Assembly: GCA_963758915.1 (NCBI GenBank)
Contig: CAVWXH010000002.1
Span: 96,001-160,000 of the forward strand
Length of the DNA stretch: 64,000 nucleotides
From: an uncultured Methanomicrobiales archaeon
Lineage (GTDB): Archaea; Halobacteriota; Methanomicrobia; Methanomicrobiales; Methanospirillaceae
Reading direction: 5' to 3'
Part shown: piece by piece, positions 42,939 through 54,363 of the stretch
Layout: each line of letters starts with the position of its first letter
Position numbering within the stretch: position 1 is the stretch's first letter
Translations under genes and position numbers: made by a program
Notes under the pieces: model-generated
Seen by the model: only the letters and a program-made list of their open reading frames with translations
What the model was told of the DNA's origin: nothing
Database searches by the model: none

Positions 42939-44003
42939 GTGACGGCAATGCAGGCACATGCGATAATGGCCATGACGGACCGGGTTTCACCCGTTCCAGC
43001 CCGTGACGCGAGGCGGTTCGTTGTGGCGCTTGGAGGGAATGCGCTGCTCCAGCGTGGCCAGCCGATGACTGCCCTGGTACAGCGGCAGAATATCAGGAAA
43101 GCGGCAGAGGCCATTGTACCCATCGCGATGTCCCACCAGCTGGTCCTCACTCACGGGAACGGCCCACAGGTCGGGCTGCTCTCACTCCAGCAGGCTGCCT
43201 ACCAGCAGGTCCTTCATGAGACGTCGCACGAATCATTCGAGTCATACCCGTTCGACCTGCTGGGAGCGGAGACGGAAGGCATGATCGGGTACATGATCGA
43301 GCAGGAACTCGGGAACCTGCTCCCCGATGAATTTCCCATTGCTACCGTACTGACCATGGTGGAAGTTGACCCCCGCGACCCCGCCTTTCTGGACCCTGCG
43401 AAATTTATCGGCCCGCTGTACGACGAAAAGGAAGCAAAGCGGATTATTGCCTCTGAAGGGTGGACTTTTAAACAGGATGGTGAACAATGGCGTCGTGTCG
43501 TACCATCACCGAAACCCGTCAGGATCCGGGAGATCAGGCCTATTACCTGGCTGCTGGAACGCGGGTCTGTTGTCATCTGTGCCGGAGGAGGTGGGATCCC
43601 GGTACTATCCGGTCCCGGTATGGAACGGGGCTTTACCGGGGTGGAAGGTGTGATCGATAAGGACCTTGCCAGCGGGCTGCTGGCCGCGGACCTCTGCGCA
43701 GACATGTTCATCATGGTAACTGACACGCCCGGGGTGTACCTCAATTACAACAAGCCGGATGCCAGGTTAATCAGGTGGACAACCCCGGAGGAACTCAGGG
43801 AACACATGGACCTGTTCCCGGCAGGTTCCATGGGGCCAAAAGTCGAGGCCGCGTGTGCCTTCGTTGAGGCGACAGGTAAAACGGCAGCAATAGGGGCAAT
43901 TACTGATATAAGGAAGATATGCACCGGTGAAGCGGGGACGATTGTCGGGCCCGGGGTGCCTGGTATGGTACCTGTTTCCTGTCCGGAGGAGCACCCGGGA
44001 TGA
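42939..44003 (+). CDS. arcC: Carbamate kinase
   Basis: [36 protein letters not shown] and GSMGPK motifs. Confidence 0.95.
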   Translation: MTAMQAHAIMAMTDRVSPVPARDARRFVVALGGNALLQRGQPMTALVQRQNIRKAAEAIVPIAMSHQLVLTHGNGPQVGLLSLQQAAYQQVLHETSHESFESYPFDLLGAETEGMIGYMIEQELGNLLPDEFPIATVLTMVEVDPRDPAFLDPAKFIGPLYDEKEAKRIIASEGWTFKQDGEQWRRVVPSPKPVRIREIRPITWLLERGSVVICAGGGGIPVLSGPGMERGFTGVEGVIDKDLASGLLAADLCADMFIMVTDTPGVYLNYNKPDARLIRWTTPEELREHMDLFPAGSMGPKVEAACAFVEATGKTAAIGAITDIRKICTGEAGTIVGPGVPGMVPVSCPEEHPG

Positions 44004-45220
44004 CACACTACGGCGTATATTCAGAGGTTGGGAAGTTACGCACGGTGATGGTCTGCCGGCCCGGCCTTGCCCATATGAGATTAACCCCTGAAAACTGCCA
44101 CGATTTGCTGTTTGATGATGTAATATGGGTCTCGAAAGCCAGGGTTGAGCATTATAACTTTGTCCAGGTAATGCTGGAACGTGGCGTTCGGGTGCTGGAA
44201 ATGCACGACCTTCTGGCACAGACCCTTGAACAGAAGGAGGGACGCCGGTGGATACTTGACCGGAAAATCACGGCGAATACCATCGGGCCGATGGGACTCG
44301 GTGCAGTACGCACATGGCTTGATGAGATGCCTGCCAGCGAGCTGGCCGGGCTCTTAATCGGTGGTATTGCAGCGGGGGAGATCCCCTTCCCGCCATTTGC
44401 TGACTTTTCTGACTATGACCCCCATGGCCTGTGGATTCCACCACTGCCAAACACGCTCTATACCCGCGACACGACCTCCTGGATTTACGGGGGTGTCACT
44501 CTTAACCCCATGTTCTGGCCGGCCCGGTGCCAGGAAACCCTGCTTACCACGGCGATTTATAAATTCCACCCGGATTTCCGGGACGAGGGGTTTACGACAT
44601 GGTTTGGAAACCCGGACCTCAGTTACGGCCCGGCAACCGTGGAGGGTGGCGATGTGATGCCAGTCGGTAACGGGGTTGTACTCATTGGTATGGGCGAACG
44701 GACAACATCCCGGGCAATTATGCAGATTGCACTCGCGTTGTTCGAAAAAAAAGCAGCGGAACGTGTGATCGCCTGTGCAATGCCAAAGAGCCGCTCAGCC
44801 ATGCACCTCGATACGGTCTTCACGCTGTGTGATTCGGACCTTGCAAATGTCTACGAGAAAGTAGTGCGGGAAATCCGGTGTTTCAGCCTCTACCCGGGTG
44901 AAGAAGCCGGATTGCTTCAATTCGTCCCAGATGAAAAACCCTTCCTTGATGTCGTCGCCGGGGCGCTGGGACTGGCCCGGCTCCGTGCCGTTACCACCGG
45001 GGGTGACTGGTTCCAGCAGGAGCGTGAGCAATGGGATGATGGCAATAATGTTGTCGCCCTGGAACCCGGGGTGGTTGTCAGTTATGACCGGAATGTCCAC
45101 ACCAATACAAAACTCCGTAAAGAGGGTGTGGAGGTCATTACAATCGCCGGGTCAGAACTTGGGAGGGGACGCGGTGGGGGCCACTGCATGACCTGTCCAC
45201 TCCGGAGGGACCCGGTATAA
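44000..45220 (+). CDS. arcA: Arginine deiminase
   Basis: SEVGKL, LLFDD, LYTRD, EGGD, MHLDTVF and [11 protein letters not shown] catalytic motifs intact. Confidence 0.95.
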   Translation: MTHYGVYSEVGKLRTVMVCRPGLAHMRLTPENCHDLLFDDVIWVSKARVEHYNFVQVMLERGVRVLEMHDLLAQTLEQKEGRRWILDRKITANTIGPMGLGAVRTWLDEMPASELAGLLIGGIAAGEIPFPPFADFSDYDPHGLWIPPLPNTLYTRDTTSWIYGGVTLNPMFWPARCQETLLTTAIYKFHPDFRDEGFTTWFGNPDLSYGPATVEGGDVMPVGNGVVLIGMGERTTSRAIMQIALALFEKKAAERVIACAMPKSRSAMHLDTVFTLCDSDLANVYEKVVREIRCFSLYPGEEAGLLQFVPDEKPFLDVVAGALGLARLRAVTTGGDWFQQEREQWDDGNNVVALEPGVVVSYDRNVHTNTKLRKEGVEVITIAGSELGRGRGGGHCMTCPLRRDPV

Positions 45221-45286
45221 TGTTTTTTTTACAAGTCCTGATACCCTGTCCGTGTTCAAACAGCAAAAAAATCGTTATTCCCGGGT

Positions 45287-46720
45287 TCACGTCCCCTTCA
45301 TAAACCGGTATGCCTCTTTTGGCACCCGCATCTCAAACCTCGCACCCATTCCTTCCTCACCGGTTTCCGCGATCGTAATATCGGTGAGCCCCAGAATATC
45401 CCGGGCGAGAAAGAGACCCATCCCCGTATTTTTTCCTACGCCACGCTCAAAAATTTCTTCCTTTGCGTCCTCAGGTACTCCGGTACCATCATCCTCCCAG
45501 ATCAGGAATAGTCCGTCCGGTATCAGGGCGTAATGGACATGAATTTCCGTTACATCCTTTCCATGGCGCAGGGAATTGTCATACAGGTTATAAAACACTT
45601 TTTCGAGCAGGGGGTCTGCATATATCTCCAGCCCGCTGAGGTCTGCCCTTACCCGGACCTCAGTCCCCGGGAGCCCTGAAACGATCCTGGTGACATTCTG
45701 CCATACCGGGGCCTTTTCGCCGAGGTTCTGGTATGTCCTGGTGAACTCGATATGATTCTGTATCAGGCCTGCCGCCCCTGACGCCCGCTGGAGATAGTCA
45801 TCGAGCATGGGATCGGTGATTTTCCTGCGGACAAGGGTGAGGTACCCGAGTAGTACGGTAAGGTTGTTCAGGATATCATGCCTGGTAATGCATCCGAGCA
45901 GGTTTAACTTCTTGTTGGCGATAATCAGGGCATTTTCGACCTTCTTACGTTCGGTAATGTCATGCACAATAATGCTGAAGATGGCATCTTTACCGTCGAT
46001 CGGGATCACGCTGCTGCTCACCTCAACATACAGGATGTCATGCAACTTTGTCCAGTACCGCTGCTCCCCGAGTACACAACTGCCGGTGGCAAGAATTTTC
46101 TCGCAGCAGGTATCAGCACAATGTGGTCCGTCAGCTACGATATCCACAAATGAAAGACCGCTAACTTCGTCGCTCCTGTAACCGAACAGGTGAAGGAATG
46201 CCGGGTTAACTTCAAGAATTTTTTTTGTCCGGGCATCGAAAAGGACAATTGCCTCGGTTGCCTGTTCAAATAACGCCCGGTAACGGGCCTCACTCTCTTT
46301 TAGTAAGCTTTCGAGCGAATATTTGTAGAGTGCCATCCGGATTGTCGCGTTCAGTTCGCGGATTTGTACCGGTTTTACAAGGTAGCCGTATGGTTCGGTG
46401 AGTTTTGCATGGCTGAGCCGTTCATCATCTGCGAATGCGGTAGTATAGATCACCGGGATGTCTGATGTTGCATGTATCTTCTCTGCTGCCTGGATCCCGT
46501 TCATTTTTCCTGCAAGCTGAATATCCATCAGGATGACATCCGGTTTCAGGGAAATGGCTTTATCTACTGCTTCTTCCCCGCTCGAAACCGTTGGGAGTAC
46601 AATATAACCGAGACCACTCAGTACCAGTTCAAGGTTTGCGGAGATGAGTGCATCATCTTCGACAATAAGAATTTTTTCAGCCGGCAAACAAATCCCCCTC
46701 TCTATCCGGTTCCGGGACAA
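45287..46720 (-). CDS. REC-PAS-histidine kinase
   Basis: IVEDD...LMDIQL...YLVKP REC domain, PAS, ITRHDILNNL H-box, G-boxes; true start probably near 46690. Confidence 0.9.
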   Translation of the reverse strand: MSRNRIERGICLPAEKILIVEDDALISANLELVLSGLGYIVLPTVSSGEEAVDKAISLKPDVILMDIQLAGKMNGIQAAEKIHATSDIPVIYTTAFADDERLSHAKLTEPYGYLVKPVQIRELNATIRMALYKYSLESLLKESEARYRALFEQATEAIVLFDARTKKILEVNPAFLHLFGYRSDEVSGLSFVDIVADGPHCADTCCEKILATGSCVLGEQRYWTKLHDILYVEVSSSVIPIDGKDAIFSIIVHDITERKKVENALIIANKKLNLLGCITRHDILNNLTVLLGYLTLVRRKITDPMLDDYLQRASGAAGLIQNHIEFTRTYQNLGEKAPVWQNVTRIVSGLPGTEVRVRADLSGLEIYADPLLEKVFYNLYDNSLRHGKDVTEIHVHYALIPDGLFLIWEDDGTGVPEDAKEEIFERGVGKNTGMGLFLARDILGLTDITIAETGEEGMGARFEMRVPKEAYRFMKGT

Positions 46721-49700
46721 ACCGTATTACGAACGATGTCCCCCTTGTCGTGTCCATCTCCAGGTCCCCATGGAGCTGGTTCTTTGCAAGGATACGGATA
46801 AGTGTAAGTCCCAGCGAGCGGGGGCCTGATACTATAGTACCAGGGGGTATTCCTCTACCGTTGTCTGAAGCGTTCAGGATGATAAATCCACCCTTTTCTT
46901 TCATGGACAGCGTAATGTTGCATCCCTCTCCCCGCTCATCCTGGCAGGACCAGCCTTCCGGAAACGCATACTTGAGCGAGTTCGTCACAATCTCGGTAAT
47001 AATCAGGCCACAATGGATTGCGGTATCAATCGGGAGGTGGGTATCTCCCATCCTTATGTTCCAGCTGATGTCTCCCCTTGGCCCGTAAGACTGGATGAGG
47101 TGCTGGACGAGGTCCTTTACGTATTCCTGAGCGTTGATACGTGAGAGTGAATGAGAATGGTACAGCGATTCATGCACGAGCGACATGCTCCTGATGCGGG
47201 ACTCCAGATCGCTGAACCGGGCGATATCCTCCGGGCCTGACAGACTCTGCCTTCTGAAGGCCGATGAGTGATATGACCCTTGCAAGGTTGTTTTTTACAC
47301 GGTGATGGATCTCACGGAGCAGCACTTCTTTATCGGCGAGAGACTCCCTGACTTGTATTTCTGCAGCGACACGCTGTATGGCAGAACCAATCTGGCCTGC
47401 AATCTCTTCAATCACCTGCACGGTTGCGAACGGGACCTGGTTTTCACGGCGGTCAGCAAGGTGAATGAGGCCGATAATCAGGTCCCCCTGCCGTATGGGG
47501 ACAAGGGCAACGGACTCGTACCCTGTATTGTTGCAGACATTCCATGTACAGCCATTTGCCTCTTCTGAAATCGTGGAAAGATTTTTCGTCGTGCCGTTCA
47601 TGTAGAATGATCCACCCTGTGAGAAAAACGGCTGAGTGGGATCCGTGGTTCCATGGATTACCTTGATGCACATGCATTCGTCAGACCTGCCTGAAAACGG
47701 GTTCTCGGTCGAATAAAACCCCGAAGAGAAACCACTAAATGCCAGGTGTGGAATATTGCCCTGTTCATCGATGAGCAGTATCCCGACTGCCTCGCAACCT
47801 GTATAGTCCTGTATTGTGTGGACATACTCCTGCAAAAGTGCTGGTAACTCCACTGTCCGGTTGGCACAGTCGAGCAGGGTATGGGAGAGACGAAGGATGT
47901 CCTCGGTATGCTTGCGTTCTGTAATATCAACAATTATGCCACGGAGCCCTTCAGGGTGACCGTCCTTTTCGATTAACGAGAGATACGAAATTCCGGTAAA
48001 TATGCCACCGTTCTTTAACCGGAACCGGTACTCGTTGCCACTTTTTTTCCCCTGTACTATGCCTTCCAGGTTTTGTTTTGCCCGGGCAACATCTTCCGGG
48101 ACTACCATCATGTAGATATCCAGTCCTTGCTCAAGATCGCGTTGGTCATAGCCGAATAAGTTGAGTGCAAACCTGTTGACATAGGTAAACCGTCCTTTCA
48201 GGTCTGTTTCAAAGATAGTCTGGGGCATCAGATCGCTTAAGTCATGAAATTTTTGTTCGCTTTTTCGCAGCGCTTCCTGTGCTGCTTTCAGGTAGGTAAT
48301 ATCACGGGCTGCGGCAAAAACCCCCTTAACTGATCCTGATAAATCCCGGTATACGGTTGCATTATAGAGGACAGGCATGGTATGTCCGTCCCTGTGCAGT
48401 ATTTCAAGCGGGTAATCCCTTACAAATCCCTTCTCAAATGCAAAGCGGTATCCTGCCCTTGCGTTTTCTGGGTCGGTGAAATAATCCGAGAAGTCCTTGC
48501 CGATCAACTCATGCCTCGCATATCCCGTGGCGTGCTCCGTGGCAGCATTGACATCGCTGATTTTTCCATCCACGGTAATCGTTGTAAGCGGGTCCGGGCT
48601 TGCCTCTATGAGGCTCCGGGTATACGCTCCCACCTCCCTGACTGCCTCATTTGCATTCTTCTGGTCCGTGATATCATTCGTAATTCCAAGGATCTGCAGG
48701 ACTTTCCCGTCCCTGTCACGGGCAAATGTGGTATCGCGGCTTTTTAACCAGCGCCACCGGCCATCAGCGTTTTTCATCCGGTATTCAAGTTCAAGTACCT
48801 CACCTTCGTTAGCGCTCCCGAGCATGGCATGATGGTGAGCGACACGCCCGGCATCGTCCGGGTGCAGGATAATTTCGAATAACCTTGACCCCATGGATAG
48901 GATTTCATCGGAAGAATAACCAAGGAAATTTGCCACTTCGCGGTTGGTATAGATGTTGCGATGCTCCCGGATATCGTAAATATAGATGAGGTCAGGCGTA
49001 GTGTCGAGGATATGCTGGACAAAATGCCTGCTCTCCTGAAGCGTGGCCTGCATCTTTCTATGATCCGTGATATCGTGGGCTATTCCACGGAAACCAGTGA
49101 GTTGTCCTTCAGATCCGATTATAGGGGCGGAACGGATCTCAATGAAGATCTGGTTGCCCTCCTTGTCATGTGCAGGGACTTCGAGCGTGGAAAAAGAACT
49201 TTTCTCCTGGATATGTTCAAGGAAAGCGGTCCTGACAGTGAAACGGACTCCGGCCTGATAAGGGAAAAAAACGATTGCCCGATGAGATCCCCGGGTTCAT
49301 ATCCGAGCTGCACCTTGCACTGGGGACTGATATAGGTGAAGTTTCCCTTCGTGTCAATTTCCCATATAATATCCGGTGATGCCTCAACCATGGTACGGAA
49401 CATTAATTCACTCTCTATGAGTGCTTCTTCTGCCAGTTTGCGTTCGGTGATATCGACGGGAGACCTCTAAAACGGTAACGGGTTTCCCGCTTTTGTCTTT
49501 CAAGGCTACATTTGCCGAACATTCGAAAAACCGAGTCTGTACCGTTAATATCGATCACGGTGGTCTCGTGCCGGTGGATTCTCCATCCAAAAATGCCGTT
49601 CAGGTGCGATGCATGGATATGGTTCGCATGGGCATACATCTGCCGCTGATGATATACTTCGTAACATTTTCTGCCGTGATTTCCCTGCCGAAATATCGTT

Positions 49701-51101
49701 CGGCAGTTTCATTAGCCCATATAATATTCAGATCCTTATCCATCATACTCTATGGTCCCCGACGATTGCGTTCAGCATGGCACCGTAGTTTCCCTTCGGT
49801 CTCCCGCAATGCATCTTCCGCTCCTTTAGCCCGGTGATATCTTCTGCGATACCGATAACCCGGTATAACTGTTCCCTGTTTATTCACCACAGGGAAATTC
49901 CGTGAGTGGACCCAGCGAACATTGCCTCCCGGCTGAATTATTCGGTATTTACTATCGATGTATTTTTCCTCCTCAAGCTCAAGGCGGATGGCCTCCTGCA
50001 TGAAAGGAAGGTCTCCGGGTGTATTGCATCAATAAATGAATACGGGTTATCATACAGTTCCTGGCAGGTCCTCCCCCAGACCTTTTCGTATGCAGGGCTG
50101 ACGTAGATAAACCGGTTCAACGCCCGGTCATGGACATAAAACACTCCCGGACTATTCTCGGTGATCTGCCGCAGGCGCTCCTCGCTTTCTTTGAGTTTGT
50201 CTTCTGCCAGCTGGTGTCTGGTGATATCATAATTCGTACCGACCAGGCTTTTTGGTCTGCCCATAGTATCGTGATGTACGCGGGCTTTGGCGTGGAGGTA
50301 ATGAACTGACCCGTCCGGCCAGACAACGCGGAATTCGGTGTCAAATTCCTTTTCTCCACGTAACGCCATCTGGAGCTCTGCCTCACTTTGCGCAAGGTCG
50401 TCCGGGTGCAGTCCGGCACGCCAGGCCTCGTACGTGCCACTGAATGTATCCGGTGTTATGCCATAGAGCTGAAACATCCGGTCATCCCATATCAGGACGT
50501 TATTGACGAGGTCAAGTTCCCATATGCCTACACCGCCCGCTTGCGTTGCCAGTGACAAGTGTTCGGTGGTCTGTTGACTTGCCACCTCTGCACGTTTCAG
50601 ATCAGTGATGTCCTCCATCGTAACGAAAACCTGGTATGGCGCCACCTCCCCGGGCCTGAACTGTGGGGTTGCGTTGGTCCTGACCCACGTAACCGTGTCC
50701 CGTTCAGGGTTGAAAACCCCGACAACACGGCCCCTCACTGGTTTTCCTGTCTGTAATGCAATCATTGAGGGGTGTTGTCCCGGGGGCAGGACTTCGCCGG
50801 TTTCTGAAATTACCTCCCATTGAGGGTCATACGAGTCCTTACCAATGAACTGCTCATGGGTAAGTCCGAACATCTTCAGCGCTGCCGGGTTTACATCTGA
50901 CAGGGATCCGTCGCGGTGCTGGTAAAAGACTCCATGGGGCATATTTTCAAACAATGTCCTGTATTTAGCCTCGCTATCAACAGCTGATGTGTTCCCGGTA
51001 CTACCCTTTTTACACTGCTGCCCATCCCCGCTTTGTGCCGTGCGGGAATTGTCAGACGGGGGTGGTTCTTTTTTTTGTGAACGCTTATTGTCGGTTTTCA
51101 T
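46677..51101 (-). pseudogene. Large multi-PAS/GAF HisKA_2 histidine kinase broken by many frameshifts (pseudogene or assembly error)
   Basis: Colinear ORF pieces: PAS domains, GAF, LLREIHHRVKNNL, then EIVTNSLKYAF, DNGRG and SLGL; indels near 47244 and at several points in 49050-50020. Confidence 0.8.
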
Positions 51102-51469
51102 CCCTTACGTACCGTCCCGGCCCTGCCCGTTCCCGGAAAAACAATAGCAATCACTCCGGCCTGGACAGGTACCATGTCTATAGCACTGTATAGCGGTGAT
51201 AGAGCGCCTGACCCGATAAATCGCTCGATCACGTATGGGTATGTTGACGGCCGAACTACAGGTCACCTTACAATCCCTTTATTCCGGGTGGTCCTGGGCG
51301 TTCCTGACATACCGGATCAGCACACGGGTCCTGGCGCCGTTTCTGTTGGATGATATGAACCATTATTAACCCCGGAATAAAAAAGCAGGGTTTTTTATTC
51401 TCATGGATAGGGATTTGAAAACAACCGGGCCCGTGCAACCCTGAAATGACACGCCTCTTCAACGAGATA

Positions 51470-51508
51470 AGAAAAAAGAACAGGGGAGAACGATCCTCTG
51501 TTCTCCCC
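51470..51508 (-). terminator. Hairpin plus T-tract downstream of the nuclease-like gene
   Basis: 9-bp stem GGGGAGAAC/GTTCTCCCC followed on the minus strand by TGTTCTTTTTT. Confidence 0.5.
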
Positions 51509-51569
51509 CACCTCCTGCCGGTATAACCCACTTCCGGGTGGACCTGTCCTGGCAGGCGACCTTAATCCG

Positions 51570-51983
51570 TTACCGCCAGGGTGTGGGGTCTTCCATGATC
51601 CCGCCGGGATAGACATCGTAGGTCTTCCAGCCCTGCACGGTGTGGAACAGCCAGACCTGGACATGTGCGTTCCGGGGTTTGGGCATTCCACCAAGTTGTG
51701 CCAGGTCTGTCCTGAAACGCCGGGCAACTGCCTGTGCATTCTCCAACGGTCTCCTTGACCTCCGTACCTGGACAATGAGGGGATCGCCACCGGGTTTCCA
51801 TGCAACAAGGTCTGCGGGAGGCAGGACACTTGTATTATGAATGACCGTGTGGCCCATCTCGCGCAACAGGTCCCGCACTGCATAGGAGGTTTTCCTGCTC
51901 CTCGTGGTGGGGCTCTGTTGTACCGGGGCAATTCCGGTGGTACCAGGTCCAAGTGAGCCTGATGCGAACCTCATTTGCGACAA
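51570..51983 (-). CDS. Small PD-(D/E)XK-like protein (Hjc-like fold)
   Basis: VRDLLREMGHTV...PADLVAW...IVQVRRS pattern resembles the Hjc core. Confidence 0.55.
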   Translation of the reverse strand: MSQMRFASGSLGPGTTGIAPVQQSPTTRSRKTSYAVRDLLREMGHTVIHNTSVLPPADLVAWKPGGDPLIVQVRRSRRPLENAQAVARRFRTDLAQLGGMPKPRNAHVQVWLFHTVQGWKTYDVYPGGIMEDPTPWR

Positions 51984-52340
51984 CTCCCCCTTCTGGGTAT
52001 GAAAGGCTCTATTAAACTGCCAGGAAACAGAGTGATCCCCGGCCCCCCTCGTGGTGTGGATCGGTTTCTGTTGCAGGGTACGTGAGCCCGTGTGGGGCTA
52101 TTCTTTACCAATCGGTTCTTTTCAAGACCTTCTTTTTGAATGCCGGGTGCATGTAGGTGCTGCACGACGACAACGATACCATCAGGTCTGTTGTGCGGTC
52201 TTACATCGTTCATTTTTTATCCTCGCGTGCGGTCAATTGAGAAATAACACAGTTCCCCGCACGCTGTCGTGTATAGGAATGATGAGTATGTGAAGGCGTG
52301 TCGTGCATGGTGTGAAAGTGAACTGGTCAGAACTATTCCG

Positions 52341-52374
52341 GCATTTTCAATCGTCCGGTTGTGAACTTCCCGTT
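52341..52374 (+). repeat. 34-bp dispersed direct repeat, copy B
   Basis: GCATTTTCAATCGTCCGGTTGTGAACTTCCCGTT. Confidence 0.8.
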
Positions 52375-52460
52375 CATATGTGTTTCAAAAAAGCCGTTGT
52401 AATCATGAGGACTCCGGTAATTTTTCATTGGGAACGGCCATTGGAGTATGGTTTCCCGGA

Positions 52461-53057
52461 TCAACCCGGTGTTTTATCAGGAAGGTAAGGGTTAACGGTG
52501 CCTGATGAGTTTTCGACCCCCATATCCAGGCCTATCGGACTGATTGCCACCAGTGAATTCTGAATGGTATCGAGGGAATCAGAGACCATGTCAACAGAAC
52601 TGGGGATGCTGATACCTGACGTATTGTTACCGGTACTACTGAGACCTACCGGACTTATGGCAGCCATTGATCTGATGGTATTTTCGACAGGGCCCGGTAC
52701 TGGTTGCGTAACCCCTGCACCCATGAGGGCCTCGGTTGCGACAACCACCGCGAGGACGAGCATGATTGTTATCACGACAATAAAGGCCTTCTGCACAAGG
52801 GAAAAGTTCTTCAGACCTACCTGCTTCGGCTGGATTTTTGGGTCAAGTGAAAGTTTATCAAGGATTTCCTTGCATTTTGCAGCTTCGTCTGTCCTTTCCT
52901 GCCTGACGAGGGTGAGATAAATATTGTTCCAGGCGTCGCGGTAATCGGGAACCAGTTCAACTGCTTTGCCATAATACTGGAGGGCTTTATCATAATCGCC
53001 CTGTTTGAAATACTGATTTCCTTCGTTTTTCAGTTCGGCAGCACGGGTGTTCTTCAT
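52461..53057 (-). CDS. TPR protein with single TM helix
   Basis: LKNEGNQYFKQGDYDKALQYY TPR; central TM; repeated AISP(V/I)GL motif. Confidence 0.8.
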   Translation of the reverse strand: MKNTRAAELKNEGNQYFKQGDYDKALQYYGKAVELVPDYRDAWNNIYLTLVRQERTDEAAKCKEILDKLSLDPKIQPKQVGLKNFSLVQKAFIVVITIMLVLAVVVATEALMGAGVTQPVPGPVENTIRSMAAISPVGLSSTGNNTSGISIPSSVDMVSDSLDTIQNSLVAISPIGLDMGVENSSGTVNPYLPDKTPG

Positions 53058-53341
53058 GTCCTGGCACAATAGTTGATATTATTGTAATGTATTAAAGTCA
53101 TTCGTTGATGACAGGGATGCCCTTATACGGACAACCGGGTATCCCGCATTTTTTGGAAATAAAGGGGTTGGATATGTTCTGAATAATTTATAATCGTGAT
53201 AATCCATGATAATGAAATGACATGCCGGCTTATTTCCCCGGTGGTATACCCGGGTTTTATCGTTTACCGGTGCTCCCGTCCTGGCCGGGAACTCCCCGGG
53301 GCATCAGGCACTGGCGGTTGACCGGTGGCAACCGGATGATG

Positions 53342-53899
53342 TTACCACTCGAGCCTGGTCGTGCCATACTGGTCGACAACACCGTGTTTTGTCGGGAAAT
53401 TATTCCAGTCAACCGTACCCTTAAGGACAGGGTAATCGCGCTCTACCGCGTGAATGGCCCGGGTAACCAGTAATTCCTCCTTTACCCTGAACCAGACACT
53501 CACCTTCGGGTCGAGATAAATCTGCCCGACCGTGTAGGTACCGTCATCATTGACTTTCACAATAACCCAGCCACGGTCTTTATCGTAACTTGAGTCAGCC
53601 GGATGTTTCTGGACCGATGACCCTGCAGAGTATTGTGCACCACCGGAGGTATCTGATATTGTCTGGTTATCGGGATCTCCTGCGGTTCCTGCAATTTGCG
53701 TGGCTCCCGGTAATGCCGGGGCGGAGTCCGTGGCAGGCGATCCCTGGCCCGCAGGTGCCGGAGTGGCCGGGGGTTCATAGGACGGGCCTGACCCGGAATT
53801 TACATTCGTCGGCTGGATACAGGCCGATGAATATACCAGCATAAAAAGGACAACGAGTAGTGCGACAATGGATATTCCACGCTTTTTACCAGGTGTCAT
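53342..53899 (-). CDS. Putative lipoprotein
   Basis: Signal peptide ending SSAC, Pro/Ala-rich linker. Confidence 0.7.
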   Translation of the reverse strand: MTPGKKRGISIVALLVVLFMLVYSSACIQPTNVNSGSGPSYEPPATPAPAGQGSPATDSAPALPGATQIAGTAGDPDNQTISDTSGGAQYSAGSSVQKHPADSSYDKDRGWVIVKVNDDGTYTVGQIYLDPKVSVWFRVKEELLVTRAIHAVERDYPVLKGTVDWNNFPTKHGVVDQYGTTRLEW

Positions 53900-54081
53900 T
53901 GCATAATATCCTGTCCTGTCTGACTATAGATATATCTAAAATGACAGTATTCTGACTGCATGGTTAGAGGCAGGACCTTATCCTGGGGAGGGTCATCTTT
54001 CTTTCCCGGCAATCTCATGATCAGGGACCGGAAAAAAGATTATCCGTGTAAGGGGGGTGCCCGGACTCTCGTGACCCCGGA

Positions 54082-54285
54082 CTACAGGGGGTTCAGAAAC
54101 CGGAAAAAAGCCGCGAGGAGCCCCATTATCAGCAATGATATGCAGATGTTGGTAAGTACCGGGCCAACGTCCATCGGAGTTTCATCCGGTTCTTCCCTGC
54201 CCCTCATCTGCTGATACGACAGGGCCGTCCCCTTTTTCCTGCTGATGGTGGACCTTTCTCCTGTATTGAATGACTCCTGTACCAT
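54082..54285 (-). CDS. Small protein with C-terminal TM helix
   Basis: GGAG RBS, 67 aa, hydrophobic C-terminus. Confidence 0.45.
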   Translation of the reverse strand: MVQESFNTGERSTISRKKGTALSYQQMRGREEPDETPMDVGPVLTNICISLLIMGLLAAFFRFLNPL

Positions 54286-54363
54286 TTGATTTACATCTCC
54301 TGTCTGTTATTCCGGTATGGAAAAAAATGATAGCGGGGTTGTTCTTTCTGAAAGGGGTGTTAC

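Noticed and set aside
52279-52335. Possible C/D box sRNA (ATGATGA)
   Set aside because: No convincing CTGA D or D' boxes at the expected spacing.
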